Shown piece by piece: positions 48,545 to 60,821 of a stretch of DNA of 64,000 bases. Within the stretch, counting starts at the first letter, position 1; each line of letters begins with the position of its first letter. Source of the DNA: Torpedo marmorata (Eukaryota); the NCBI GenBank assembly GCA_977017645.1, contig OZ360245.1, positions 28,024,001 to 28,088,000 on the forward strand, written 5' to 3'. The notes beneath the pieces are model-generated. The model did not search any database, was not told where the DNA came from, and saw only the letters and a list, made by a program, of their open reading frames with translations. The translations under genes and the position numbers were made by a program.

Positions 48545-50087
48545 GATTTAGATTTAGATTTCAAATTTATTGTCAGAGTACATAGATAACATCACATACA
48601 ACAACCCTGAGATTCTTTTACCTGCGGGCGAGGCAGAATTATCACTTGTTGGTAATGCAAAAAAAAAATCTGTACACAACGTACAGATGTAAACAAATAA
48701 AAAAATGTAAACAGATAAAGAAATGTAAACAACTGACTGTGCAATACAGAGATAATTTTAAAAAAATAAAGTGCAAAAGTAAGAGTCCTTAAGTAAGTCC
48801 CTGATTGAGTTTGTTGTTGAGGAGTCTGATGGTGGAGGGGTAGCAGCTGTTCCTAAACTTGGTGGTGTGAGTCTTGTGGCACCTATACCTCTTTCCTGAT
48901 GGTTGCAGTGAGAACAAAGTGTGTGCTGGGTGGTGAGGATCCTTGATGATTGCTGCTGCTCTCCGACGGCAGCGTTCCCTGTAAATGTTCTCGATGGTGG
49001 GGACGGTTTTGCCTGTGATGTCCTGGGCTGTGTCCATTACCTTTTGCAGGGCTGTACACTCAGGGGTATTGGTGTCCCCATACAGACCATGATGCAGCAG
49101 GTCAGCACACTTTCCACCACACATCTGTAGAAATTTGCCAGGGTTTCTGATGTCATACCAAACCTCCGCAAACTCCTGAGGAAGTGGAGGCACTGACATG
49201 CTTTTTTCATGATGCCATTAGTGTGTTGGGTCCAGGAAAGATCGTCCGAGATAGTGACTTCCAAGAACTTAAATTTGCTCACCCTCTCTACCTCTGCTCC
49301 TCCAATAATCGTATACCACTGTTTTTCCCTTCCTGAAGTCAACAATCAGCTCCTTGGCTTTTGTGACATTGAATGCAAGGTTGTTGTTGGTGCACCATTC
49401 AGCCAAGTTTTCACTCTCCCTCCTGTATGTTGACTCATCACCTTTTTTTATACAACCCATACCGTGGTTTCGTCAGCAAATTTATTATTGTCGTTCCAAC
49501 CTACACAGTTGTAGGTGTAAAGTGAGTAGAGCAGGGGACTAAGAACGCAGCCCTGTGGTGCTCCAGTACTGATGGAGATTGTGGAGGAGATGTTCTTACT
49601 AATCCTCACTGATTGTGGTCTGGAGGTGAGGAAATCCAGGTTCCAATTACACAATGGGGTGTTGATTCCCAGGTCTTGGAGTTTGCTGATCAGCTTTGAG
49701 GGGGATGATGAAGTTAAATGCCAAACTGTTGTCGATAAAGAGCATCCTGATGAATGCATCTTTACTGTCCAGGTGTTCCAGGGCTTTGTGTAGAACCAGT
49801 GAGATGGCATCCATCGCAGACCTGTTGCTACGATAGGTGAACTGGAACGTATCCATGTAACCGCTCAGACAGGAGCTGATATGCTTCAACACCAGCCTTT
49901 CAAAACACTTCATCACTGTTGATGTAAGTGCTACTGGTCGATAGTCATTAAGGCAGGTTACTACACTCACTGAATTGATTGATGTCTGTTTGAAACAGGT
50001 GGGTACCAATGACCTGCTGGAGTGAGATGTTGAAGATATCCGTGAATTGGTAAGTTGGTCAGCACAGATTTTTAATACTTGGCCGGA
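48545..50087 (-). mobile_element. Rex1/Babar LINE, 5'-truncated and frameshifted
   Basis: [31 protein letters not shown]-type segments; degraded (TCTAAA)n tail. Confidence 0.9.
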
Positions 50088-50607
50088 AAATGACCTGAAA
50101 TTGATTAATTCATTATTGAGTTCAGAAAGATGCAGCCTTTGCAGATGAAAGATGAGGAATTGTTTCTCAAATGTACATTATTATATTTATATGATGATAA
50201 CAGGGCAGGGGGCCAAAGGCAGAGAAGTCAGAGTGCAGGTGGAATGGAGAATTAAAGTGCCAGTGCCGGTTTAAGGGTCAACAATTTTTTTTATCTGAAA
50301 TTATGAGCTACTAGCAACAAGGGCATCTGAACCCTTTGTGAAATATATGACCAACAATGAATCTCTGTAGCCACTGAAAGTAATTTATTGAGAAATAAAT
50401 TGAGGATTGACAAAAAAGTCATTGAATGCAATGTAAACTCAGTTGCGATAAGAGAAATAAAGAGAAGGGAAGGGAAGAAAGATTCAATTAAAGCACACAA
50501 GTACATCGCATATGAAATGGGAGCAGGAGTAGGCCATCTGGCTCGTCGAGTCTGCTCCGCCATTCAATAAGATCATGGCTGATCTGGCCGTGGACTCAGC
50601 TTCACCT

Positions 50608-51449
50608 TTTTCTTTTTAAAATATTTTTATTGAGTTTAACATATATATCGTACAAGCATAGTCTTTAATAAAACAAATAACAGGTCACATCATGTACATG
50701 TAAATATAAAAGAGTAGAACTACATTAGACTATTCATCGATCTAAACAGAGGGTAAATTCTGTCTAATTTATTAAAATGGACAATGGCAGTCATAATTAA
50801 ACCCATATTAACCAATTAAACAAAAAAAGATAAAAAGAAAAACAAAGAAAACAAAACAACAAAAAAAAACCTAAACTAAATCTAATCTATCCCCTCCCTC
50901 TAATCAAGATTACCTTGTAGAAAGGATGTAAAGATATGGATCAAATAGCGACCTTCAGACACTAGACAGAGAATCTTCGGAGCATCTAAACTTCTTAAAT
51001 CTTCCAATCGCGATAATATTCCATGAATGGGCCCCACATCTTTTCAAATTGAAACTTACTATCTTTAATATTGTATCTCATTTTCTCTGAGCTTAAATAG
51101 GACATTACGTCATGTAACCACTGTGTATGAGTAGGTGCAGAATCTTCTTTCCATTTCAATAAAATTGCTCGTCTGGCTATCAGCATGGTAAAAGCTAAAA
51201 CTTTCTCCTGGGTTGCAGATACAGGTATATCCGGTGCGCGAGAAAAACCAAACAAAGCAATTAATGGGCATGGTTGTAATTTGATCTTAAAAATCGTTGA
51301 TAAAATTTGAAAAATGTTTTCCCAGAATCTTCCTAAATTGGGGCACTCCCAAAACATATGAATCAATGAAGCTTCAAAAATTTTACACTTCTCACATAAT
51401 GGGTCAACATCTGCATAAAAACAAGATAATTTAAGTTTGGATATATGTA
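50608..51449 (-). mobile_element. L1 3' fragment
   Basis: 12-bp TSD TCAGCT(T/C)CACCT at 50596-50607 and 51450-51461; CEKC...HMFWEC; A-rich tail. Confidence 0.9.
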
Positions 51450-52160
51450 TCAGCTCCACCTACCGACCTGTTCCCCATAACCCTTAATTCCCCAACTGTG
51501 CATAAAATCTATCAAAATCTGTTTTAAATGCATTTAATGAGGCAGCATCTACAGCTTCCTCAGACAGAGAATTCCACAGGCTCACCACTCTCTGGGAAAA
51601 ATAGTTCCTCCTCATCTACATCCCAAATCTACTCCCCTGAAGTTTGAAGCTATGTCCCCTAGTTCTCGTCTCACCTACAAGTGGAAACAACTTTCCTGCC
51701 TCTACCTTACCTATCCCTTTCAGACTTTTATATGTTTCTATCAGGTTCCCTTTCATTCTTCTGAATTCTAGTGAGTATAGTCCCGGGTGACTCAATCTTT
51801 CCTCATAGGCCAATCCACTCTTCTCTGGAATCAAGCTGGTGAATCTCCTCTGCACTGTCTGCAAAGCCAGTATATATTTTCTTAAGTAAGGAGACCAGAA
51901 CTGTATGCAGTGCTCAAGATGCGGCCACGTACAGTTGCAACAGAACTTCCTTGCTCTTAAATTCAACCCCTCCGGCAATAAAGGCCAACATTCCATTTGC
52001 CTTCTTAATTACTTGTGGCATCTGCAAATTAACTTTTTGCAATTCACACACAAGCACTCCCAAGTTCTTCTGCACAATAATATGCTGCAATCTTTCACCA
52101 TTTAAATAATAATCTGATCTTCTCTTTCTCCTTCCAAAGTAGGACCTCAAAGTAGATGAC

Positions 52161-52807
52161 TGTAAGAGCCGTAGGCTCATTAACTTACCGTTGTTGCGGC
52201 GCTCCGATGTCTTGTCGGGCCTTGGAGCGCTCGCGTAGTTCGGTAGGCCGTCCTCGGAGCGCTCCTTGGCCACGTCGGGCCATGGAGCGCTCGCGTTGTT
52301 CTGTGGGCCGTCGTCGGCCCGTTCTTTGATCTGCGCATGCGCGGGAGTGCCGACGGGCGCATGCGCAGTGTGGAGTGACGTCATTGTGCGCGTTGCGGTC
52401 TGGGAAATGTAGTATGCGCGGGGTAGGATGCGCAGTGGTTGTGGAGCGACGAGGCATGCGCAAATCAAGCATAGAGAGAGAGAAAAGGAAAGAATAAGAT
52501 GTTTGGTGGGTGAGTGAGGTCTCCACATCTTTATTGACCGTTTTATATCGTTTTATAACTTTTACATCGTTCTACAGTGTTTTCATATCGTTTTGGAATT
52601 GTTTAAAGAACTATTTAAAGGAACTCATCATACATCGTTTACAAGAACTGTTTATATTAAAGTCATTGAAGATTACTGCAAGTCATGTGTGTAAATAAAG
52701 GTTTTTGAACATATTGGACTTTGTTAGTAAATTGATTAAAACGCGTCAAAGACAAGGACCACACTTAGCCTCCAGGTGACTATTGGTGGATCGAAGTCAC
52801 CGTAATA
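52161..52807 (+). mobile_element. CpG-rich solo LTR, 647 bp
   Basis: Termini TGTAAG...CGTAATA; 5-bp TSD ATGAC at 52156-52160 and 52808-52812; AATAAA at ~52694; internal 60-bp tandem repeat. Confidence 0.85.
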
Positions 52808-53108
52808 ATGACCTGACATTAACCAACATTGTCCTCTATCTGCCAGACCCTTGGTCACTCACAGAACCTATCTATATTTCTCTGCAGACTCTCCACATCC
52901 TCTGCGGAGATGAGGATAATGCTTAGTTCTTAAAATATTCAACAAACATTGATCATCTTAAAAAAAAGAGACTTTATCCTATAAAATTGAAAACAAAATG
53001 GACATCAAAGTTGGAAATCTTAAATAAAAAAACAAGAATTGCTCAAAATACATGGCAAGTTGGGCAGCATCTGTAGAGAGAGAAAAACAGAGTCAGTGTT
53101 TCAGGTTG

Positions 53109-53807
53109 TAAAAAACACAAATGCTGGAGAACTCAGCAGGTCAAACAGTGTCTTTTATGTAGCAAAGGTAGAAATACATAACTGACGTTTCAGGCTTGAG
53201 CCCTTCTTCAAAGTATGAGAAAATGCCGGCAGACGTCCGAACAAAGGAGTGAGGGGGGAAGGGTGGGTGGGAAAGGCAGAAGATAATAGGTGGAGACAGG
53301 AGGGAGGGGACAGTAGCAAAGAGGGGGAGGAGGGATGGCTGGGTAGCTGGAGAAACACAGGAAGGACAGGTGAGGGGGGAGGGGAAGGGAACAACAAGCA
53401 GGTTTAGTGGAAAGCAGAAAAGTCAATGTTAATTCCATCTGGCTGGAGAGTGCCGAGACGGAATATGAGATACCTGCTTGTTGTTCCCTTCCCCTCCCCC
53501 CTCACCTGTCCTTCCTGTGTTTCTCCAGCTACCCAGCCATCCCTCCTCCCCCTCTTTGCTACTGTCCCCTCCCTCCTGTCTCCACCTATTATCTTCTGCC
53601 TTTCCCACCCACCCTTCCCCCCTCACTCCTTTGTTCGGACGTCTGCCGGCATTTTCTCATACTTTGAAGAAGGGCTCAAGCCTGAAACGTCAGTTATGTA
53701 TTTCTACCTTTGCTACATAAAAGACACTGTTTGACCTGCTGAGTTCTCCAGCATTTGTGTTTTTTACTACATTATTACGGTGTCTACAGATTTTCGTGTT
53801 TACTTTT
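53109..53807. mobile_element. Penelope fold-back with ~295-bp inverted arms
   Basis: Arms 53109-53403 and 53472-53766; the 68-nt loop encodes LIFRLGTLQPDGINIDF on the minus strand; 16-bp TSD TCAGTGTTTCAGGTTG at 53093-53108 and 53808-53823. Confidence 0.95.
53658..53698 (+). ncRNA. Minimal hammerhead-like motif (mirror copy on minus strand at 53177-53217)
   Basis: CAUACU-UUGAAGA-AGGGCUCAAGCCU-GAAA-CGUC-AGUUAUG with a GUC triplet. Confidence 0.65.
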
Positions 53808-53844
53808 TCAGTGTTTCAGGTTGATCACCTTTCACCTGAACCAT

Positions 53845-54115
53845 TCAGAGGCCACAGATTTAAAAGGGGATCGGAGGGGTAGGTTTTTTCACACAGAATG
53901 TGGTGAGTATATGGAATGAGCTTCCAGAGGAAGTAATAGAGGCAGATATATTTACAAAGCTTTTCTTTAAATTGCATAGGGACATGAATAGCAATTGTTT
54001 AGATGCAAGTAGACCAGAAACAGGTAAAAAAGATTAAAATAGATAGGCATCTAGGTCAACATGAAAAAGTTAGGATGAAAGACCTGTTTCCTTGCTGAAA
54101 AACAGTATGAATCCA
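53845..54115 (+). mobile_element. Old CR1 3' end
   Basis: TTTTTCACACAGAATGTGGTGAGTATATGGAATGAGCT motif and degraded tail. Confidence 0.65.
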
Positions 54116-54653
54116 TGAAAGGACATTGATCTGAAATTTTAATATTTTAGAAGTGGTTAGCCATAGTACATAATATCTGCTATAAATCATATATTTACAT
54201 TATTTTATGGGTTCAAAAGCAGGGTTTAAAAAAAAAAATTAAATAATAGACTTATCCCTAGCCTCCCCTCCTCCACCCAACAGATGGTAAAATAGGAATA
54301 ATGTAAGTATAACCATTAAAATCCAACCCTTGTCATATAAAATGCTGTCAGTGCAGCTTAACGACGAAGAGGAGCAAAGTGAATTCTTGGTTTTCTAGCT
54401 CCAGTTAAACAAATTACCACATTAACCACTATGATTTTATAGTCCCATAAATGGTAACATTGCAAATATTAATTTTTAATAACCTAATGCTTGATTGTCT
54501 GAACTGATAGCATGGCTCTGGAGCTGTTTGAGCAGAGGTTTCTCACTGAGCACAATTGAACATATTTCTGTCTGCAGCCCATTGCTGGTAGAACTGAAAA
54601 GGGAGGTTGAACATTTTTAACCAAAATTTTCATTGAATTGAGTTTAATTTTGG

Positions 54654-54898
54654 GATACAGCATGGTAACAGGCCCTTCCAGCCCACGAGCCTGCACCTCC
54701 CAATTACACTCACGTGACCAATTAACCAACTAAACCCAGTACCTCTTTGGAAAGTGGGAGGAAACCGGAGCACCCAGAGGAAACCCATGTGGACATAGGG
54801 AGAACGTGCAAGCTCCTTACACACGGCAACGGATTCAAACCCGGGTCGCTGCTGCTGTAATAGCGTGGCGCTAACCGCTACGCTAACTGAGCCGCCCC
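54654..54898 (-). mobile_element. Full-length tRNA-derived SINE
   Basis: Head GGGGCGGCTCAGTTAGCGTAGCGGTTAGC, B-box-like GGTTTGAATCC, core and tail. Confidence 0.88.
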
Positions 54899-56127
54899 AA
54901 TGAAATTAATGATTTCATAGAAAAAAAATGTATAAACACACAGTTAATGCAAACATAGATAATGTTATTGCAATTTTACAATCAATGCATCCTCATTTAC
55001 ATTGCAGGAGCTATTTTGTTTTAAAATATACCACATTGTATATTGTGCACGAAGGAAGTTCGTGGAATGAGAACATAGATTCTAGCGTAAAGAGCAGAAG
55101 GACAAACCCATCCCACAAACCACCCAACTGACAGACATCTTCTGTCCTCTATATGGAAAAGTCTGTGGTTCTTGCATAAGCCATCTCAGTGCCCTCATAT
55201 CTGGAATAGATCTGGAGCGGACTCGATGGGCCAATTGGCCTACTTCTGCTCCTATATCTTATGGTTTCATGGTCTAAGTCATTATCAATCTCTAAAGGAC
55301 TGTGAAAAGATTTATATCAGCATGTCTTTGCTTTAAATCTATTTAGTTCAAGATTGGAGTAACAAATTGATATGCTTAATATGATAAAAATGCTTCAATC
55401 ACTCAATAGCTATTACAATTGGAAGGGGGCCAGATTAAGTTTGATTCCTCTTTATATTTGTCTTCTCCCTGGAAAGTAAATGAATATGTTTAATGCCTGA
55501 GAGAGTCACCACAGAATTCAAATACTTGGGATGGTCCCTCTCTTATTTCTATCACAGAATCAATAATAAACCATAATTTCAATGAGGAAAGTGGTCCACA
55601 GAGATTTTATTTACATTTGCATACTATTAATATCACTTCAATTGCTTCTTTAATCTATGTAATGAAGAGATACCCCTTTTCTCCTCTAGTTGTTGTCTGT
55701 GAAGATTTATATTTTTTCTATTTTAATACATGACACTTCATTGGTTACTTGTGCAATGTCAATTGATTGACAGCACTTTCTTAACATTTCTGATGATATT
55801 GGGAGTCTTTCATCTTCCTATATATGTTCCTCTAGTATAGTATGGTAATCCCTCCATGGTCTTTTGAAATTTTGCACTGCTGTAATCTTACAACACCTGA
55901 GTGCATCGTGTTTGAATGAACTTTTCAAGAAGTGCACTGTTTAAATGTATTGAAATGCCCTTTTTACTGTTGCATATATATATGTTACAGCAGGTTTACT
56001 TAGATAGGCTCTGTCATTTTTGTTCCCACAATAGAATACTCTTGGAAATGTTCATGCGATCTTGTATGGTTGCACTTTAAATTAGAAATGGAAGGCAGTA
56101 TGATACTGGCAATATTCCAGCCACAAT

Positions 56128-56570
56128 AGAGACGGCATGGTTACCATAGAGGGGTGGCATGGCTAGAGTAGAGGGGCGGCACGGTTAACGTAGGGGCGGC
56201 ACGGTTACCGTAGAGGGGTGGCTCGGTTAGTGTAGAAGAGCGGCATGGTTAGCGTAGAGAGGCGGCACGGTTAGAGTAGAGGTGCGGCATGGTTAGCATA
56301 GAGGGGCGGCACAGTTAGAGTAGAGGGGCGGCAGGGTTAGCGTAGCGGTTAGCGCAACTCTGTTAGGGCACCAGTGACCGGGGTTCGAATCCATCGCTGT
56401 CTGTAAGGAGTTTGTACGTTCTCCCCGTGTCTGCATGTGTTTCCTCTGGGCGCTCCGGTTTCCTCCCACCCTTCAAAATGTACCACGGGTGTAGGTCAAT
56501 TGGGTGTAATTATGCGGCACAGGCTCAAGGGCCGAAAGGGCCTGTTACCATGCTGTATGTATAAATTTAA
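56128..56570 (+). mobile_element. tRNA-derived SINE with ~10 tandem copies of its 5' head
   Basis: Units of AGAGGGGCGGCACGGTTAGCGT at 56128-56343, then a normal SINE body with GGTTCGAATCC. Confidence 0.92.
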
Positions 56571-56587
56571 AAATTTAATTAAAAAAT

Positions 56588-58620
56588 ACTAGAGCAGATT
56601 ATGAGAACTAAATTTCTACAAGATCCAATGTTGTTTTTATTAGGTAACATTGAGGGATCAAGACCTAAATTGAAATTAAATATTTATCAAAAAGAATTCT
56701 TAAAAATTGCGTTAGCAGTAGCAAAAAAATGTATAGCAGTAACTTGGAAATCAGACTCCCATTTGGGTATGGAACGGTGGAATACAGAAATGTGTAGTTG
56801 TATCCCACTTGAGAAGATTACTTACAATTTAAGAAATAAATATGATGTATTTTTGAAAATATGGCGCCCATATTTACAAACTGTAGGAATAAACTTACAG
56901 TTTTTTCTTTTCCCTTATCAAGTGCCTCATTAATTTCCCCCTGAGAAGTATATGAAGAAAAAAAAGTAACTAATTAAAAACTGTAATGTAGGCGGCAATC
57001 AGAGGTTCCCACCTGCTTCAAAAGGGCATCAATCATCCCGGTACCCAAGAAGAGTAGTGTGAGCTGCCTCAACGACTACTGCCCAGTTGCACTAACTTCT
57101 ACTGTGATGAAATGCTTTGAGAGGATGGTCATGGCCAGAAATAACACGTACCTAAGCAAAGATCTGGACCCACTGCAATTCGCCTATCATCACAATCGCT
57201 GCACAGCAGATGCAATATCGTTGGCTCTCCACTTAGCTCTGGATCACCTTGAAAACAGCAATTCATACATACAACTGCTCTTCATCAACTACAGCTTGGC
57301 CTTCAATACCATTATTCCCTCAGAGCTGGTCAAGAAGCTACAAACTCTAGGCCTCTGTACCCCACTCTGTAACTGGATCCTTGACTTTCTCATCGGAAGA
57401 CTACAGTCAATACGAATTGGAAACAACGTCTCCTCCTCACTGATTATCAACACAGGCACACCCCAAGAATGCGTGCTTAGTCCACTGCTCTACTCGTTAT
57501 ACACCCATGACTGTGTGGCCAGGCACAATTCCAATGCCATCTACAAGTTTGCCGAAGACACCACAGTTGTCGGCAGAATCACAAACGGCAATGAGGAAGC
57601 GTACAGGAGGGAGATAGATCAGCTCGTTGAATGGTGTAACGACAACAACCTTGAGCTCAACGTCAGCAAAACCAAGGAGATGATTGTGGACTTCAGGAGG
57701 AAGTCAGGGGAACACGACCCAGTCCTCATCGAGGGCTCAGTAGTGGAGAGGGTCAAGAACTTCAAATTCCTGGGTGTCAACATCTCCGAGGATCTGTCCT
57801 GGAGCCTCCAAGTTGATGCAATCACAAAGAAGGCTCGTCAGCGGCTATACTTTGTGAGGTGTCTGAAGAGATTCGGTATGTCACCGAATACTCTCAAAAA
57901 CCTCTACAGGTGTACCGTGGAGAGCATTCTGGCTGGTTGCATCACTGCCTGGTATGGAGGCGCCAACTCTCAGGAAAAGAATAAACTCCAGAGGGTTGTT
58001 AACGCGGCCTGTGACATCACAGGCACCAGACTTCACTCCATCGAGGACATATACATGGGACGGTGTCTTAAAAAAGCAGCCTCTATCCTCAAAGACCCCC
58101 ACCACCCAGGCCATGCCCTCTTCACTCTGCTACCATCGGGAAAAAGGTACAGGAGCCTAAAGATGAGCACTCAACGGCACAAGGACAGCTCCTTCCCCGC
58201 TGCCATCAAATTCCTGAATAATCAATGAACCAAAGACACTGCCTTACTTTTTGTGCACTATTATTTATATTTTTTATAGTAATGTTGTAAGATGGTTATA
58301 ATATGAATGTTTTCACTATGATGCTGCCGTAAAACACCGAATTTCATGACTTGTTCATGACAATAAATTCTGATTCTGATTCTGATTCTGATTTTTACCA
58401 TCCATGTCACTTTATCTTTCTTCATACTTTTCTTTTATTTATTTTCTTTCTTTTCTTTCTTCTTTTCTGGGGTTTTGGTTTGGGGGGAGGGGGGAAGGGG
58501 GGGCTGGGGTTTACCTATCGTGTATAAGTAGTGTAATAATAATAAATTGATATCTTGTTATGTATTATATGATTATGCATGAATGGTTAAAAATTTTAAA
58601 ATAAAATATTCCTAAAAAAA
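56588..58620 (+). mobile_element. L1 3' fragment split by Rex1
   Basis: ORF2 C-terminus CIPLEKITYNLRNK at 56601-56933; 3'UTR with G-tract, AATAAA and poly(A) resumes after 58392. Confidence 0.82.
56991..58392 (+). mobile_element. Rex1/Babar LINE, 5'-truncated; 389-aa open RT frame with mutated catalytic motif
   Basis: ORF 57059-58228 has FAED in place of FADD and PQEC in place of PQGC; tail AATAAA(TTCTGA)n. Confidence 0.92.
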
Positions 58621-59745
58621 ACTAAATTAATGATGGTTTTGACATAAAGTATATCTCCTGAAATGAAATAAAAGGCTGGATAGGAACTTATTCCAACTTT
58701 GTGATCTGCAGAATACAAAACTGGGAGTTTTTCTTTGTCATCCATCTATTCTATTTTAAATATGAGAACCTGTTTCTGTTCACAAAGTGTATGCCATAGA
58801 TATGAATTTAGTGCAGTTTTAAGTCCTGACATATGTGCTGTTTATTACGACATTCAGTAACAAAAAACTCAGCAGCTTTAAATAATAATCTCACATCGGA
58901 ACCATGTAAGGTTAGGCTACATTTGGACAACGTGGGCTTGAGAGCCTACAGGGCCTGTTACTGTGCTGTATCTCTAAATTAAATTAACTTCATGTTTTTT
59001 TTTATTGTTATCTTGGCTTGTGTTTGAGCAATTCATCAGTATCATCAAGTTTTAGCAACTAAGCGTTCCATGGGGGAGATTTCCATCCAAGATATTGTTT
59101 CTTTTATGCTTAAAATGTATCCTTTAAACATCAATAAACAACGGACAGTCGACAGATAATTTGGCAGCATTCTGATGATAAAATACACCCCCAGAACATA
59201 AGCTATTTGGATTCTACTGTTTTCAAATCAGTCCTAATTCAGTGATCAATTCATGGGCGCACTCTTCTGAATCACAGAGAGGAGAAGGGTAAGGCACCAA
59301 TGGTGAATGTGACTTACAGGTGTGCAAAGTGCATGAAAGTGCAGTGGAGATGATGAATATTAATTTCAAGTCTTGTTGGTAGCTGAGTGATGGGGATGTG
59401 AACAGGTCTCTGAAGTGAGCCCTCTCCCGCTCTCTCACCTCTTGCACCAGCCGAGAACAGCATTGGACTATCAAGCTCACTCCATATTATAATCCTGAAT
59501 GTCTCCCTTGTCACCCTCTGTTGTCAAATGCCAGCCAACATTTGCTGCTGCACAATGTGAGCATGTTTAAGAGGTGCAGCCTAGGTTTAATTGGTACCAA
59601 CCATTGAAGAACACAGTTGGTCTTCGGTGCACACAGAAATAATCTAAACTGACAGGCAATGTGAACTTCATTAGAAATGACAGGCATGGGTTAACCTCAT
59701 ATTTCAAACCCATAAGCCCTTTTTCACCTTATGATATTTAGCCAT

Positions 59746-60821
59746 TGTTACGAACTAACAAACCTTGCTAGTACTAACAAAGGAACAGCAATGGAGAGTT
59801 TACCAGACAATGGTAAATTAAAAATAATAGTTTTTATTAAACTATTAATAACATAACATTTCTTACTTATCTCTAAACTTAACTCTAACTTAAACCCCAC
59901 TATGCGCAAATGTAAATGTGTGTGTTAAAGTCCAAACTATTTTAGTTTAAACTTGATTCTGAAAAGTCAATTTTAAAGTCCAGTTTCAAACTTATTTTGT
60001 TGAACTTCAGGATCCCTTTAAATTGTTTCAGAAGTAATTATAAAGCAAAAGTGAAGCATCCGATTTCTTTCAAACTCACAAGTCTTTTGAGAGATAGTCT
60101 TCAACGAGTGTTTTCACAAGTTTCCCCCTATTTTGTTAGGATTACGGAACTGTGATCTTCACGATGATTTCTTTCTTAATCAGAAGTGGTCTTACTTATT
60201 TTAAAAGCCACTTATGTTGTGTATCTCCTGTGATAAGGATGATACAATACAGAATAGGAACTCTCTCTATTTCAGAGATCACTGCCCCAGATTCTGTCTA
60301 TCCAGAAAGTCAAATTTCTTAAAACTGCTTCAATCCCTGTCTTTTCAGGGTGTCAGGTTTTCTTAAAACTGAATTCTTTTGTCTGTGAGTTCGATAATAT
60401 ATTTCTTGCCCATCTCTCATGTCACATGGTATGTGACCTAATTTCTGTCTTTGAAGTTCATAATGTCCTCTTCACGCTTATATGCTAAAAGCATTTCTTC
60501 ACTTAGACTCCATGATGTCTAAGCCACATGGACACAGAATGAACTTGTGTTTACACAGATGCTTCTGAGCCAACACCTATTGTCTTTCAGTACCTCAAGA
60601 ACCATCATAAAATCTTTTCATCTCTCCACTCCATGTGCAAACGGTAGACTTTTCATCTCTTCAAATGGCCATCTGCCATCTCAAAGAACCATGTGTTTAA
60701 AATGCTAATGTGTTGTCTTTGTGCCCCTGAAACCACCCAAAACTAACTTACTAAGCCATCTCTAGATGAAATATAGTTTTAACATTAACTAAAGATGAAT
60801 ATTAACCACAGATCCATTACA
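59746..60821 (-). mobile_element. Solo LTR (Gypsy-like), 1076 bp, related to 47118-47997
   Basis: Termini TGTTACG...CATTACA; 4-bp TSD CCAT at 59742-59745 and 60822-60825; shares TCTTACTTA and CTATGCG...GTGTGTG blocks with the 47-kb LTR. Confidence 0.85.

Larger units (their letters stand above)
50505..52840 (-). mobile_element. CR1 3' fragment split by an L1 and a solo LTR
   Basis: Tail GGAGCAGGAGTAGGCCAT; ORF piece HLEHCIQFWSPYLRK...TRTRGH. Confidence 0.85.

Noticed and set aside
51914-52528. 204-aa ORF
   Set aside because: Chance read-through from the GC-rich LTR antisense strand into CR1 RT remnants.
54780-54898. tRNA gene
   Set aside because: The A/B boxes belong to a tRNA-derived SINE head that continues into SINE core and tail; no full cloverleaf is evident.
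56128-56350. CRISPR-like array or telomeric repeat
   Set aside because: There are no unique spacers and no cas genes; the units are SINE heads containing GGTTAG, not (TTAGGG)n.
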